A stretch of 64,000 bases of DNA from Chthoniobacteraceae bacterium (GCA_037190965.1 JBBCKI010000010.1:1-64000); one strand, 5' to 3'. Shown: positions 39,384-52,331, counted from the stretch's first letter. Translations and numbers: made by a program. The notes: a model not told the origin generated them from the letters alone.

Positions 39384-40760
39384 ATGCCCAAGGTCTTCAT
39401 CAAAACATACGGTTGCCAGATGAACGAGCGCGACTCCGAACAAGTCGCGCAGATGCTCATCGCGCGCGGCTATGAGATGACACCGAGCGAGCTTGAGGCC
39501 GACGTGGTGCTGCTCAATACGTGCAGCGTGCGCGACATGGCGGAGCAGAAGGCCATCGGCAAGATGGGCAACGTGATCCACAAGAAACGCGGGCAGCAGG
39601 CGGTGCTCGGGTTTCTCGGGTGCATGGCGCAGAGCCGGGGGCCGGAGCTGGCGAAGATGATGGATGTCGACCTCGTCGTCGGCACCCAGAAGTTTCACAA
39701 AGTCGCCGATTACGTGGAGGAACTGCTGGCCCGCAAGAAGGCTGAGAGCGAATCCACCGCCGCGCGCTTCATGGATGACGCCCGGTTTTCCATCGTGGAC
39801 GTGGAGGAGGAGGCCGGTTCCCAATCGACGATCCGCGATCACACCCTCAAGCCGCGCCAGAACACGGCGTTTGTCTCCATCATGCAAGGCTGCAACATGC
39901 ATTGCACCTTCTGCATCGTCCCGTACACGCGTGGGCCGGAGCGGAGCCGGGCGATCCCGGAGATCGTGAGCGAAGTCGAGGGGCTGGTGGCCCGCGGCGT
40001 CAAGGAGGTCACGCTGCTGGGGCAGATCGTCAACCTCTTCGGGCGGCATGAGTTTCCCAAGGTGGACGGCAAGGGGCCGTTCGTCCAGTTGCTGGAGGCG
40101 GTTCACGCCATCGAGGGGCTGGAGCGGCTGCGTTTCACCTCGCCGCACCCGATCGGCTACAAGCAGGATCTTATCGAGGCCTTCCGGTATCTCCCCAAAC
40201 TGGTGGAGCACGTTCACCTCCCGCTGCAATCGGGCTCCAACCGCATCCTCAAGGCGATGCACCGCACCTACACGGCGGAGAAGTATTACGATCTGGTCGA
40301 GAGGATCCGGGCCGTTCGCCCCGACATGGCGATCACCACCGATGTCATCGTCGGCTTCCCCGGCGAGACTGAGGAGGATTACCAGGCCACGCGGCAACTG
40401 GTGGAGAAGGTCGGCTTCGACAACGCGTTTATCTTCCGTTATTCCAAGCGCAAGGACACCCCGGCCGCCGAGCTTCCCGACCAGGTGGATGAGGAGGTCA
40501 AGGAACGGCGCAACCAGGATCTGCTCCAGGTGATCGACGAAAGCGCCAAGCGAAAGCTCGACGCGATGGTGGGGACCCGCGTGGAGATTCTGTGCGAAGG
40601 CCCCAGCCGGACCAACGCCGAGCGGCTCACCGGGCGCACGCGGGGAAACAAGATTGTCATCTTCGACGGGAGCGACCGCCACATCGGGCAGGTTTTCGAG
40701 GTGCAGGTGACGCATTCGAGCGGTTTCTGTCTCTATGGAGACCCTGCGCTGCTTTCCTGA
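39384..40760 (+). CDS. miaB: tRNA-2-methylthio-N6-dimethylallyladenosine synthase
   Basis: TYGCQMN, NTCSVR, GCMAQ, CNMHCTFC radical SAM motif, TRAM domain. Confidence 0.95.
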   Translation: MPKVFIKTYGCQMNERDSEQVAQMLIARGYEMTPSELEADVVLLNTCSVRDMAEQKAIGKMGNVIHKKRGQQAVLGFLGCMAQSRGPELAKMMDVDLVVGTQKFHKVADYVEELLARKKAESESTAARFMDDARFSIVDVEEEAGSQSTIRDHTLKPRQNTAFVSIMQGCNMHCTFCIVPYTRGPERSRAIPEIVSEVEGLVARGVKEVTLLGQIVNLFGRHEFPKVDGKGPFVQLLEAVHAIEGLERLRFTSPHPIGYKQDLIEAFRYLPKLVEHVHLPLQSGSNRILKAMHRTYTAEKYYDLVERIRAVRPDMAITTDVIVGFPGETEEDYQATRQLVEKVGFDNAFIFRYSKRKDTPAAELPDQVDEEVKERRNQDLLQVIDESAKRKLDAMVGTRVEILCEGPSRTNAERLTGRTRGNKIVIFDGSDRHIGQVFEVQVTHSSGFCLYGDPALLS

Positions 40761-40832
40761 GCTTCCCTGCTTTCAAAACGCTCATGCAAATAGCTTGAGA
40801 ACGAGTGAAGTTTCGCCTTTTCTGCATCTTCC

Positions 40833-41390
40833 ATGATTTACAACCTGAGCTTGCACACGGCCGGTTTGATTCTCGGGCTGCTGCTGGTCGTGCTTCACGG
40901 CCTGGCGCTGGTCCACTCGCAGGGGACACGCCAGTTGTTGCGTGCATTCCCGCGTTCCCGGCAAATCGGGGTGGCTTTGTTGACGATTGACGCCGTTTGG
41001 GCGTTCCTTCTCGTCACGAAAATGGATTTGGGGGAGTTTACTCCGTGGCGGCAAATGATTCTCGTGGCGATTGTCGCCGGTTATTTTCTTACGTTGATCT
41101 ACGTCGATGAGTTTCTCTCCGTGCGAGCGTTGGGCATCCTTATGCTTCTTGCGGCGGAACCGCTGCTGGAAGCCGCTTTTCTGAAGCCGGAGGCAAGCCG
41201 TTTGCTTTTGACCCTGGTGGCTTACGCCTGGGCGACGTTAGGGCTGTTCTGGGTTGGCATGCCGTACCTGCTGCGCGACCAGATCGGTTGGGTCTCCAAG
41301 ACGGACGGGCGCTGGCGTGTGGCCGCGCTCGCCGGGCTGGTTTACGGCGCGGTGGTCTTGTTCTGCGCGGTGACGCAGTTCGGGAACTAA
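40833..41390 (+). CDS. Membrane protein of unknown function
   Basis: 185 aa with about 6 hydrophobic segments and host-like codon usage. Confidence 0.7.
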   Translation: MIYNLSLHTAGLILGLLLVVLHGLALVHSQGTRQLLRAFPRSRQIGVALLTIDAVWAFLLVTKMDLGEFTPWRQMILVAIVAGYFLTLIYVDEFLSVRALGILMLLAAEPLLEAAFLKPEASRLLLTLVAYAWATLGLFWVGMPYLLRDQIGWVSKTDGRWRVAALAGLVYGAVVLFCAVTQFGN

Positions 41391-41410
41391 CAGGAAAATC
41401 TCGTAAGATT

Positions 41411-41567
41411 TTCCTCGTTCCTAAACTCTGTTTGGGAACGCCCATGTCCTCGAAACTCCAGTTTCGAAACCCCTGTCCGTTCCGGCAACCTGCACGAGAT
41501 GATGAGGTTTTCGAATCAGAGATTCGGGGACAATGGCATTACCAATCTGGAGATTGGTAACGAGGAA
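41411..41567. repeat. Palindromic intergenic element (CGTTCC-type REP-like)
   Basis: TTCCTCGTTCCTAAACTCTGTTTGGGAACG...TTACCAATCTGGAGATTGGTAACGAGGAA; internal hairpin TCGAAACTCCAGTTTCGA; lies between convergent genes. Confidence 0.65.
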
Positions 41568-41602
41568 AAGCGGCGATAAAATAGCCGCTTTGAAAGGACT
41601 GC

Positions 41603-42424
41603 TCAAGGAGCCGTTCCCGGGATCTGAACGCAGATGGCTTTGCTTCCGGCGCCCCTTTGCAGGCTGCGCGCGAGATCGAGCGCATAGAGCGTGGCGGCGA
41701 GGCGGTTGCCCGCTCCGATTTTGTTGAAAATGGAGGTCAGGTGAAATTTCACCGTCTGGATGTGAACGTTCATCAGGCGCGCCATCTCGCTGTTGGTTTT
41801 GCCTTCGGTAAGCCAGAGGAGCACCTCCGATTCCCGGGGGCTGAATCCTGCCAATTCGAACTGGGCCGGATCCAGCGGTCCCGAGCCTCGCGCCGGGGTG
41901 CGCGCATGAGCAAGCCGTCGCGCATTGGCAAGGTGCGGCTGGGCAAGCTCCAGGATCAGCCGGTCGCGCTCGTTATATTCCACGGTACCGCTACGTTCGA
42001 GACTCAGGAAGAGCACCTGCTGGTCATTCGTCGGCACGTGCACCGCACAATGGTTGTTCCACCCCATTAAAGCCATGGATTCCTTGTAAACGTTCACTTC
42101 GCGGAATTGCCGCCGGCTGTAGAAGTCGCTTCGGAAAAACGGACGTCCCTGGTTCACGGAGACATCGAAGTTGAAAAGCTGGTGCGTGGACATCGTGCGG
42201 GCGAAACCGTCCAGCATTTCCGGAAGGCGATCGTCCCATTCGCTGAAGGTTACGTTGAGGGCCTTTGTTACCGGGTGAAGGGCGGCCACGCAGATCATGT
42301 CCGCCGCGACCAGATCTCGCAGAAAGATTACTGCATGATCGGCGTAGTTGGTGGCATTCAGCTCGGGGCTGTACAACCCCAGGCTTGCCCGGCTGAATTT
42401 ATCCAAATCAGTCTTCGTAATCAT
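41603..42424 (-). CDS. LuxR-family HTH regulator with an N-terminal GAF-like domain
   Basis: FSPRESEVLLWLTEGKTNSEMA...TVKFHLTSIFNKIG; no receiver domain. Confidence 0.85.
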   Translation of the reverse strand: MITKTDLDKFSRASLGLYSPELNATNYADHAVIFLRDLVAADMICVAALHPVTKALNVTFSEWDDRLPEMLDGFARTMSTHQLFNFDVSVNQGRPFFRSDFYSRRQFREVNVYKESMALMGWNNHCAVHVPTNDQQVLFLSLERSGTVEYNERDRLILELAQPHLANARRLAHARTPARGSGPLDPAQFELAGFSPRESEVLLWLTEGKTNSEMARLMNVHIQTVKFHLTSIFNKIGAGNRLAATLYALDLARSLQRGAGSKAICVQIPGTAP

Positions 42425-42553
42425 GCTTAAGATGATTTTGGAAGAGATGCACATCTTGTGCCATATCGACATTCCAGGTTTAAACTAAAGTATAGTTATG
42501 CCGAGTGACCGCCTTTTATACGATCCGCGTCAAAGCCCAATCCCGACGCGTTC

Positions 42554-44431
42554 ATGATCGATTCTTTCCTTTTGCTCCGCCGTTTCAAAGCTCAATGGCA
42601 TCCTGTGGCTAGAGTTGCTCTCGTCACGTTTGCCTTTCTTCGTCTTTCCGCTCCTCAGCCGATCGTAGCTGCCGAGTTTGCCCCAATCAATGATGCAAAC
42701 TTCGGCACATCCGTCAGTATCTCGGGGAGTACCGGTCTGGTCGGGGCTTATGGAGCCACGATAAACTTCAACCAATATTCCCGAGGTGCCGCCTACGTGT
42801 TCCGCAATCTCGACTCCGACGCGGCGCAGGAGGTCATCAAATTTACCGCCGGCGACGGAAAGGCCTATGATCAATTTGGCAGTTCCGTGAGCGTCTCGGA
42901 GGGTTCCGCTCTGGTCGGAGCTAATGGCTACGATGCAAATGCCGTTTACTGGTTCAGGAATCTAGACAGCGGTACGGTGGAAAGCGTTGTTAAACTTACC
43001 GACCCCGACGGATTGGGAACTCAATTCGGCAGCGCCGTAAGCCTTTCGGGAAGCATTGGTCTGGTTGGAGCACAACAAGCGACGGTCGCGGGCCGTCAGT
43101 TCCAGGGTGCCGCCTATGTCTATCGCAGTCCCGACGTCAGCACGACCGCCCCCACTGCCAAACTCGTCGCTTCCAACGGGGCTGCCTGGAATTTCTTCGG
43201 GACGGCTGTTAGTATTTCAGGCGGGACCGCTTTTGTTGGAGCCAGTAATAAGGCCTATCTGTTCACCAATCTTGATACCGCCACCGGAACGGTGACGGAG
43301 TTCGCAAAACTCGCCCCTTCCGTTGCCAATCGCGGTCCGGCCTATGATAACTTCGGCGGCTCCGTGAGCGTCTCGGGAAACGTCGGTCTGGTTGGAAACA
43401 ATTACGCCAAGGTTGGAAGCAATGACCAGCAAGGTGCCGTTTATCTATATCGTAACCTCGGCGCTCAAAGCGGGACGATCTATGAGTCCGCCAAGCTCAC
43501 CGCCTCCGACGGCGCGGCAGAGAATTACTTCGGCACCTCCGTCAGCCTCTCGGGAAACACGGGGCTGGTGGGGGCCAGTAGCGCCCAAGTCGGAAGCAAC
43601 AGTGAGCAGGGGGCCGTCTACCTCTTCCTGGATCTCGATACCGCCCCCGCAGCGGTGACGGAGTCCGTCAAACTCACCGCCTCCACTGGCGGGGCGAAAG
43701 AACAATTCGGCCGTTCCGTGAGCCTGAGCGGTGACAATCTTCTGATTGGCTCCCTGGGCAATGGGATGGCCAACATTTCGGGAAAGGCTTACTCAGGGAG
43801 CGTTAGTTCCGTCAGCATGCTGAACGCAGGCAATGCCAGCAGGGTGATCGATGGCATCAGCTTTGAGTCGCGCATCGATTGGATCATCGGCCAGACGACC
43901 AGTTTCAACCAGGTAACCCTCAAGATTGGGAACACGGCCAACGTCACCGCGAGCGGCAAGGCTATTTATATCGGCTCCGAAGCGGGTTCCAACAATAACA
44001 CCCTCGTCATCGAAGGCGCTCTTGCCGCCAACGCGGTCCATATCGGCTCTCCCGACGGCAACGAGGGCAATACCCTCCGGCTGGAGAACACCGCGACCTT
44101 CGTTCCTACCTCCTTCTTCCTTGCCCCGGGGAATTCGCTGAGCATCGAGGGCGATTATACGGATATCGCCAGCCTGCTTGCCTTCCTTGGTTCCTCCAGC
44201 GACTTGCAGGTTTGGGATGGAGCCGGCAGTTGGATCAGCATCGACGAGTTTAACTACGAGAACTTCATCGCCTATTCATTCCTCGATGGCTATACCGAGA
44301 TCCAGGCATTGGCGATTCCCGAACCCAACTCCGTCGCCTTGCTTGGCATGACCGGATTGAGCCTTGGCGCGTTCCTTTTCTTTGGACGGCGGTCTTCCCG
44401 CTTTCGCGGGAACGAGGAACACGGAGCCTAA
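42554..44431 (+). CDS. FG-GAP repeat beta-propeller surface protein with PEP-CTERM
   Basis: Seven FGxxVSxS(G/E) repeats with GA(A/V)Y; C-terminal IPEPNS + TM helix + RR. Confidence 0.85.
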   Translation: MIDSFLLLRRFKAQWHPVARVALVTFAFLRLSAPQPIVAAEFAPINDANFGTSVSISGSTGLVGAYGATINFNQYSRGAAYVFRNLDSDAAQEVIKFTAGDGKAYDQFGSSVSVSEGSALVGANGYDANAVYWFRNLDSGTVESVVKLTDPDGLGTQFGSAVSLSGSIGLVGAQQATVAGRQFQGAAYVYRSPDVSTTAPTAKLVASNGAAWNFFGTAVSISGGTAFVGASNKAYLFTNLDTATGTVTEFAKLAPSVANRGPAYDNFGGSVSVSGNVGLVGNNYAKVGSNDQQGAVYLYRNLGAQSGTIYESAKLTASDGAAENYFGTSVSLSGNTGLVGASSAQVGSNSEQGAVYLFLDLDTAPAAVTESVKLTASTGGAKEQFGRSVSLSGDNLLIGSLGNGMANISGKAYSGSVSSVSMLNAGNASRVIDGISFESRIDWIIGQTTSFNQVTLKIGNTANVTASGKAIYIGSEAGSNNNTLVIEGALAANAVHIGSPDGNEGNTLRLENTATFVPTSFFLAPGNSLSIEGDYTDIASLLAFLGSSSDLQVWDGAGSWISIDEFNYENFIAYSFLDGYTEIQALAIPEPNSVALLGMTGLSLGAFLFFGRRSSRFRGNEEHGA

Positions 44432-44534
44432 AAACGGCAATGGATCGGGGTGATCTGACGCAAGATACCGCGCACGTCGAGGCTCACTGTTCTTCGCTGC
44501 TTTCAGTGGAATCCAACCGCTCGACGGGGAAGCT

Positions 44535-44694
44535 GGTGCGGCAGCACTGGTAGCCCGCTCGCGCCGTCGAGCGCGGGTATCGGCTTCCGTGGCTTCATGA
44601 GGGACCGCATCCCAGTATCAACTGCCCGTCCTGCGGGGAGGCGCCAAACGCGACTCTTCACCCATCCCGCGCTCGACGGCGCGAGCGGGCTACC
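44535..44694 (-). repeat. GTAG-REP doublet, copy 4 (reverse orientation)
   Basis: GGTGCGGCAGCACT-GGTAGCCCGCTCGCGCCGTCGAGCGCGGG...GAGCGGGCTACC. Confidence 0.85.
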
Positions 44695-44974
44695 GATCTT
44701 CCACTGAAAACAGCGTTTTTTGGCTCAGAAAGCTTGTAGCGTTTCTTAGCGCGGGGGCAACACTTCCAGAAAGACGCCTGGGTGGGTGTCGTACGCCAGG
44801 CGGGATTTCATCTCTTTGGCGTCTGATGTGGAGCCATGCTTTGGGTGCTTGCGTCGCAATCTGAAGCATGGAAACAGCAATTTCACAGATGGCGGGAGGA
44901 TACCGGAGTGATAGCGTCTCGTTCGCGGTCAATTCAAAAATCGAATTTGGCCGTCGTGCGAATCAGCTTTTCTT

Positions 44975-45955
44975 ATGTATCCTTCTGAAAGCAGCGTGCC
45001 AGATCCCGTTTCTGCTTCGATCAAGCTCCCTTTGATTTTTCGAGGCTTCCTGATTTTCGCCGCTCTAATCGTGTTTGGAGTGTTGGTCTGGCAAGCCATC
45101 GCTTCGGGAGGAGCGCCCGATCCCACCCGGGAGAACGCCAGCCAAGCTGCAGCGGCGTTTGATATCTCCGTCCTCGTTTTTCGGGAGGGGCTGGAATGCA
45201 TTCTGGTTCTCGCGGCCCTAACGGCCAATCTGACTGGAAAGAATCGCATCCACAAGGGGCCGATTGCGGTGGGTGCAGGCATCGGCTTTATCGCCACATT
45301 GATCACGTGGTTTATCGCCGTGGAAATCGTCCAAAGCTTATCGGAGAGCGTTCCCGCGCTCGATCTTCAGGCGGCAACAGGGCTGCTGGCGGTCATTGTC
45401 CTGCTCGTGGTCATGAACTGGTTTTTTCACAAGGTCTACTGGGGCGGCTGGATCGCGATGCATCACAATAGAAAGCAGCGGTTGCTGAAAGATGCTCAAA
45501 TCGAGCAATCGTCAGGAACTCGCTTGCTTCTGGGTTTGGGCTTGCTTGGTTTTTCCTCCATGTATCGCGAGGGTTTCGAGGTGGTGCTCTTCCTGCAAAG
45601 TTATTATTTGAAAATGGGAGGAAAGCCGGTTCTGACGGGGGCCGCTTTCGGCCTCTTCCTGTCGGGAATTGTCGCCGTACTCGCCTTCGTTGCTCACCGC
45701 CGCTTGCCCTATCGAAAAATGCTGATTTTGACCGGCGTCATGTTGGCGGGCGTCTTATTGGTCATGGTCGGCGAGCAAGCCCAGGAAATGCAATTGGCGC
45801 ACTGGATTTCCACGACGCCGATCAGCTGGCTCGAAGGAATCCCTGACTGGATGGGCCTTTGGTTCGCAATTTTTCCAACCGTGGAAACCTTGCTCGCTCA
45901 ATTGATAGCGGCTGTTTTGGTGATTGGCTCCTATTTCGCAGCCCGCCGCTCATAA
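44975..45955 (+). CDS. FTR1/EfeU-family iron permease
   Basis: Two REGxE motifs (FREGLE, YREGFE) and multiple TM helices. Confidence 0.85.
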   Translation: MYPSESSVPDPVSASIKLPLIFRGFLIFAALIVFGVLVWQAIASGGAPDPTRENASQAAAAFDISVLVFREGLECILVLAALTANLTGKNRIHKGPIAVGAGIGFIATLITWFIAVEIVQSLSESVPALDLQAATGLLAVIVLLVVMNWFFHKVYWGGWIAMHHNRKQRLLKDAQIEQSSGTRLLLGLGLLGFSSMYREGFEVVLFLQSYYLKMGGKPVLTGAAFGLFLSGIVAVLAFVAHRRLPYRKMLILTGVMLAGVLLVMVGEQAQEMQLAHWISTTPISWLEGIPDWMGLWFAIFPTVETLLAQLIAAVLVIGSYFAARRS

Positions 45956-46504
45956 AGTCGGCCCTTTGCGGGTGCTGTTGCACCGGTAAAGGACGTGCCT
46001 TCGTAATGGATGGCTCTCCGGCACTTTTGGGTGGTCAAAGTCTCCCGCGAGATCGCGGGTCATTCCTATCTTTTCTATCACCCTTTGTGATCGCTTATTG
46101 GCGGGTACGGTAAAGGAGACGATTTCAGGGAGTTGGAGCGTTTCAAATGCGTAGTGAAGAACCGCTCTTGCGCCTTCGCTGGCAAGGCCTTGATTCCAGT
46201 GAGACGCGGAAAGTCTCCAGCCAATCTCGACGCAGGGCGAAAAGGGGAAAGGGACCGTGCAGGGAGGAATCGCCAGTCCTATCAGCCCGGCGAAGGAGGA
46301 ATCTTGCTTCAGTTCTGCCGCAAAAAAGCCAAAACCGTGCTCTGCGAAGTGGGCATCGATTCGGTCGATAAAGGCATCGCTTTCCTCCCGGGAGAGGGGC
46401 TTGAGGAGAAATTCCATCACCCTGGGGTCGGTATTCAATTGAGCGAATGGCGCCCGGTCCTTTTCTTTCCAAGGGCGTAATAAGAGGCGTTCGGTTTCAA
46501 TCAT
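45950..46504 (-). CDS. GNAT N-acetyltransferase (RimJ/RimL-like)
   Basis: IETERLLLRPW, VEIGWRL, WNQGLASE, N.RSQRVIEKIGM. Confidence 0.88.
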   Translation of the reverse strand: MIETERLLLRPWKEKDRAPFAQLNTDPRVMEFLLKPLSREESDAFIDRIDAHFAEHGFGFFAAELKQDSSFAGLIGLAIPPCTVPFPFSPCVEIGWRLSASHWNQGLASEGARAVLHYAFETLQLPEIVSFTVPANKRSQRVIEKIGMTRDLAGDFDHPKVPESHPLRRHVLYRCNSTRKGPTL

Positions 46505-46515
46505 GGTCTTGAAGT

Positions 46516-47373
46516 CTATTTCGCCCCGGCCTCGCTGAAAACCTCGCTCAGGAAATCTTTCATGGCTATCCATGAACGCCGGTCTGCGGCGGCGTTGTAA
46601 CGCGTCCCCGGGTTCCCCATGGCGTCCACATCAGGATCGGTGAAAGCGTGGACGGCATGGCCGTAAAAGACCAACACGTAGTCGACCTTTTCCTCTCGCA
46701 TCTGCTGTTCGAAGGCGGTGAGGTCCTCCTTTTTCTGGTACGGATCGTCCGCGCCGCCGAGGCAGAGCACGGAGGCTTTGATGTGTGCGCCCGGTGTCAG
46801 CGGTTGCCGGTCGAGGCCGCCATGGAAGGAAACCACACCACGGAGATCGAGTCCGTCGCGCGCCATCTCGATCACTCCGGTGCCACCGAAGCAATAGCCG
46901 ATGGCGGCGATCCTGTCCGGATTCACCTGAGGGAGTTTGCGGATGGCGTCGTAGGCGGCTCGTCCCCGTTGCCGGAAAAGAACACGGTCCCCTTTGTATT
47001 TCCCGGCCTCCTCGCCCCACTCCCTGGCGTTCGTGGGGCGCACTCCTTTGCCGTAAATGTCGGCGGCGAAGGCGACGTAGCCGAGCTGGGCGATCATCTC
47101 CGCGCGTTTGCGGGTGGTATCGGTGATGCCGCGCCAATCATGGACGATGATGACGCCGGGCCGCTTCCCGGTTTGGCTGTCGTCGTAGACCACGACTCCC
47201 TCCAGTTCCGTTCCCGTTGCGTCGCGATAGGTGAGGTTCTCGGTCACCAGTTTGGCCAGTGCGGCCTCGGGCTTGGCGACAAGAAGGCAGAACATGCTGG
47301 CGGTGATGGTAGAGACTGCACGGATGATGCTCCTGGTGAGGTATCGAGCGGGAAAGGCGGTCTCGGCGATCAT
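46516..47373 (-). CDS. Dienelactone hydrolase family protein
   Basis: HDWRG, GYCFGG, SFHG, HAFT. Start uncertain. Confidence 0.88.
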   Translation of the reverse strand: MIAETAFPARYLTRSIIRAVSTITASMFCLLVAKPEAALAKLVTENLTYRDATGTELEGVVVYDDSQTGKRPGVIIVHDWRGITDTTRKRAEMIAQLGYVAFAADIYGKGVRPTNAREWGEEAGKYKGDRVLFRQRGRAAYDAIRKLPQVNPDRIAAIGYCFGGTGVIEMARDGLDLRGVVSFHGGLDRQPLTPGAHIKASVLCLGGADDPYQKKEDLTAFEQQMREEKVDYVLVFYGHAVHAFTDPDVDAMGNPGTRYNAAADRRSWIAMKDFLSEVFSEAGAK

Positions 47374-47489
47374 GCTGACATTCTATCCTCGAAGTGTGAC
47401 GGCGGGAACCGGGAAAATACCCACGTGGATTCCCCTGCCGGAGAGGCGGGCGGGGCGATTCCCGGCCGGAAACGGCAGGTAGAGAAAAC

Positions 47490-47520
47490 AAAAAAGCCTC
47501 CCCGCTTTCGCAGGGAGGCT
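47490..47520 (-). terminator. Rho-independent terminator of the atp operon
   Basis: Stem AGCCTCCC/GGGAGGCT with an A-run on the left, which is the U-tract on the minus strand. Confidence 0.8.
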
Positions 47521-47542
47521 CTTTTAAGTCTGTCGCTACAAT

Positions 47543-47962
47543 TTACAGCGCGTGACGGCGGCGTTTGACCTTGAGCTGCGCCAGGGATTTCTGGAGCGAG
47601 GCCTGAACGGTCGCCATCTCTTCGGCACCGAGGTGTTGCTGGTCCCGCATGGCGGCTTCGGCGCGGTCGATGGCCGCCTGGACGGCGTTTTCATCGATCG
47701 CGGATTCCTCAATCGCCATGTCGGTCAGGACGGAGACATGGGTGGCTGTGATCTCAACGAACCCTTCGCCGACGGCGAGTGCGAGTTCCTGCCCGTTTTT
47801 GAGCACGCGCAGTTCGCCGGGCTTCAGCTCGGTGAGAAGCGGTACGTGCTGCGGGAAAACGCCGAGTTCGCCTTCGACCCCGGGGAGCACGACCAGGTCG
47901 ACGTCATCCGAGTACGTCCGCGCTTCGGGCGTGACGATTTCGAGTCGAAGTGTGTTTGACAT
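47543..47962 (-). CDS. atpC: ATP synthase F1 epsilon
   Basis: LEIVTPE, GELGVFPQHVPL; operon position. Confidence 0.95.
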   Translation of the reverse strand: MSNTLRLEIVTPEARTYSDDVDLVVLPGVEGELGVFPQHVPLLTELKPGELRVLKNGQELALAVGEGFVEITATHVSVLTDMAIEESAIDENAVQAAIDRAEAAMRDQQHLGAEEMATVQASLQKSLAQLKVKRRRHAL

Positions 47963-47981
47963 AGCGTTCGGTTCCCTCGGG

Positions 47982-50302
<2,321 letters not shown>

Positions 50303-50317
50303 GTTAAATAATTTCTA

Positions 50318-50345
50318 AAACCGGAGAGCGGAAACCGGAAACCGG
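50318..50345. repeat. Short tandem heptamer repeat
   Basis: AAACCGG AGAGCGG AAACCGG AAACCGG in the atpA-atpG spacer. Confidence 0.55.
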
Positions 50346-50350
50346 TTGGC

Positions 50351-51877
50351 TTAGCGCCAGGTGGATTTGAATTCGGTGACGGCGGCGGAGAGCTGACCTT
50401 CGAGGTCTTTGTCCACGGCACCTTTCTGGCGGAGCGCGCTCAGGAGCGATTCCTTACGGGTGGTGAGGAACTCCTGGAGCTTGTCTTGGAATTCTTTCAC
50501 GCGGTCCACGGAGACGTCGTCCATATGGCCGTTCTGGATGGTCCAGAGCACGGCGACCTGTTCTTCGACGGCGATCGGGTTGTACTGCTTCTGCTTGAAG
50601 AGTTCCACGATGCGGGCGCCGCGATCGAGCTTGGCCTTGGTGCCGGCGTCGAGGTCGCTGCCGAACTGGGCGAAAGCGGCGAGTTCGCGGAACTGGGCGA
50701 GTTCGCCCTTGATCTTGCCTGCCACCTGCTTGATCGCCTTGATCTGCGCGGCGCTACCGACGCGGCTGACCGAGAGACCGACCGAAATCGCGGGGCGGAC
50801 GCCTTGGTAGAAGAGGTCGGTTTCAAGGTAGATCTGACCGTCGGTGATCGAAATCACGTTCGTCGGAATGTAGGCGGACACGTCGCCGGCCTGCGTTTCG
50901 ATGATGGGGAGCGCGGTGAGCGAGCCGTTGCCGTTGGCTTCGTTGACGCGGGCGGAACGCTCCAGCAGGCGGCTGTGGAGGTAGAACACGTCGCCGGGGT
51001 ACGCCTCGCGGCCCGAGGGGCGCTTGAGGAGCAGGGAGACCTGGCGGTAGGCCACGGCGTGCTTGGAGAGATCGTCAAAAATGATCAGCGCGTCCATGCC
51101 GTTGTCCATGAACCATTCGCCGATGGCGGCACCCGCGAACGGCGCGAGGTACTGCATGGTGGCGGAGTCCGAGGCGGTCGCGGAGATGATGATGGTGTTG
51201 TCCATCGCGCCGGCTTCCTCGAGAATGCCGATGGTGCGGGCGATGTTGGAGCGCTTCTGGCCGACCGCGACGTAGATGTTGTACATCGGGCGGAAGCCTT
51301 CCTTGCCGGCGTTGGCCTTGTTGATGCGGGCCTGGTTGATCATCGCGTCAACGGCGATGGTCGTCTTGCCGGTGGAACGGTCACCGATGATCAGCTCACG
51401 CTGGCCACGGCCAATCGGGATCATCGCGTCGACGGACATGATGCCGGTCTGCACCGGCTGGTTGACCGACTTACGCTTGATGATGCCAGGGGCGATCTTT
51501 TCGACAGGGTAGGAGACGTCGGACTTGATCGGTCCTTTGCCGTCGATCGGCGCGCCGAGCGCGTCCACCACGCGGCCGAGAAGGCCTTTGCCGACGGGAA
51601 CCGAGAGGAGGCGGCCAGTCGTTTTGGCTTCGTCGCCTTCCTTAATCGCCGTCGCGTCACCGAGAATGATGACGCCGACTTCGTTTTCTTCGAGGTTGAG
51701 AGCCAGACCGGAAATCCCGTTGGGGAATTCGATCAGTTCGTTGAGCATTGCGTCGCTGAGGCCTTCGATCTTGGCCACGCCGTCGCCCGACTCACGGACG
51801 ATGCCGGTGTTGGACTTGGTGGTCGTCGATTTGATGTTGGCGATTTGCGATTCGATGTCTTGCAGGATGGAGCTCAT
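50351..51877 (-). CDS. atpA: ATP synthase F1 alpha
   Basis: [35 protein letters not shown]. Confidence 0.98.
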   Translation of the reverse strand: MSSILQDIESQIANIKSTTTKSNTGIVRESGDGVAKIEGLSDAMLNELIEFPNGISGLALNLEENEVGVIILGDATAIKEGDEAKTTGRLLSVPVGKGLLGRVVDALGAPIDGKGPIKSDVSYPVEKIAPGIIKRKSVNQPVQTGIMSVDAMIPIGRGQRELIIGDRSTGKTTIAVDAMINQARINKANAGKEGFRPMYNIYVAVGQKRSNIARTIGILEEAGAMDNTIIISATASDSATMQYLAPFAGAAIGEWFMDNGMDALIIFDDLSKHAVAYRQVSLLLKRPSGREAYPGDVFYLHSRLLERSARVNEANGNGSLTALPIIETQAGDVSAYIPTNVISITDGQIYLETDLFYQGVRPAISVGLSVSRVGSAAQIKAIKQVAGKIKGELAQFRELAAFAQFGSDLDAGTKAKLDRGARIVELFKQKQYNPIAVEEQVAVLWTIQNGHMDDVSVDRVKEFQDKLQEFLTTRKESLLSALRQKGAVDKDLEGQLSAAVTEFKSTWR

Positions 51878-51929
51878 GGCGAGTTACTCGGTTGGGGCTG
51901 GCAAAGGGGTTTGTTGAAAAGGTTTTGGG

Positions 51930-52331
51930 CTAGGCTTGGGCGAGGTTTTCCTCGAAGCGGGTGAGGCGGCCGCGCACGCTGCCGTCCCAGACGTCGCTCC
52001 CGAGCTTGATGCGGAGGCCGCCCAGAAGCTCGGGGTTGACTGCGAATTCCGTGGTGATGTCCGACCCGTAGCGGGCTTTCAGGTCGGCGACGACTTTGCC
52101 GGAGACATCGCCGTCAAGCGGAGTGGCGCTTTCGATGATGGCGTGGCGCTTGGCCAGCTCCATCCGGACGAGCCGTTGAAGATTCTTGATCGCCTCGATA
52201 TAGTGCCGGGGCTTGGTGGCGACGGTTTGCGCCACCACTTCGCGCACCTTGCCCGCGTCGAGGCGGCCATCGGTGAAGCTGCTCCGGAAGAGGGAGCGTG
52301 AGATTTTGCGGGCTTCCTTGGGAATCTTCAT
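51930..52331 (-). CDS. atpH: ATP synthase delta (short form)
   Basis: VNPELLGGLRIKLGSDVWDGSVR; 133 aa. Confidence 0.9.
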   Translation of the reverse strand: MKIPKEARKISRSLFRSSFTDGRLDAGKVREVVAQTVATKPRHYIEAIKNLQRLVRMELAKRHAIIESATPLDGDVSGKVVADLKARYGSDITTEFAVNPELLGGLRIKLGSDVWDGSVRGRLTRFEENLAQA

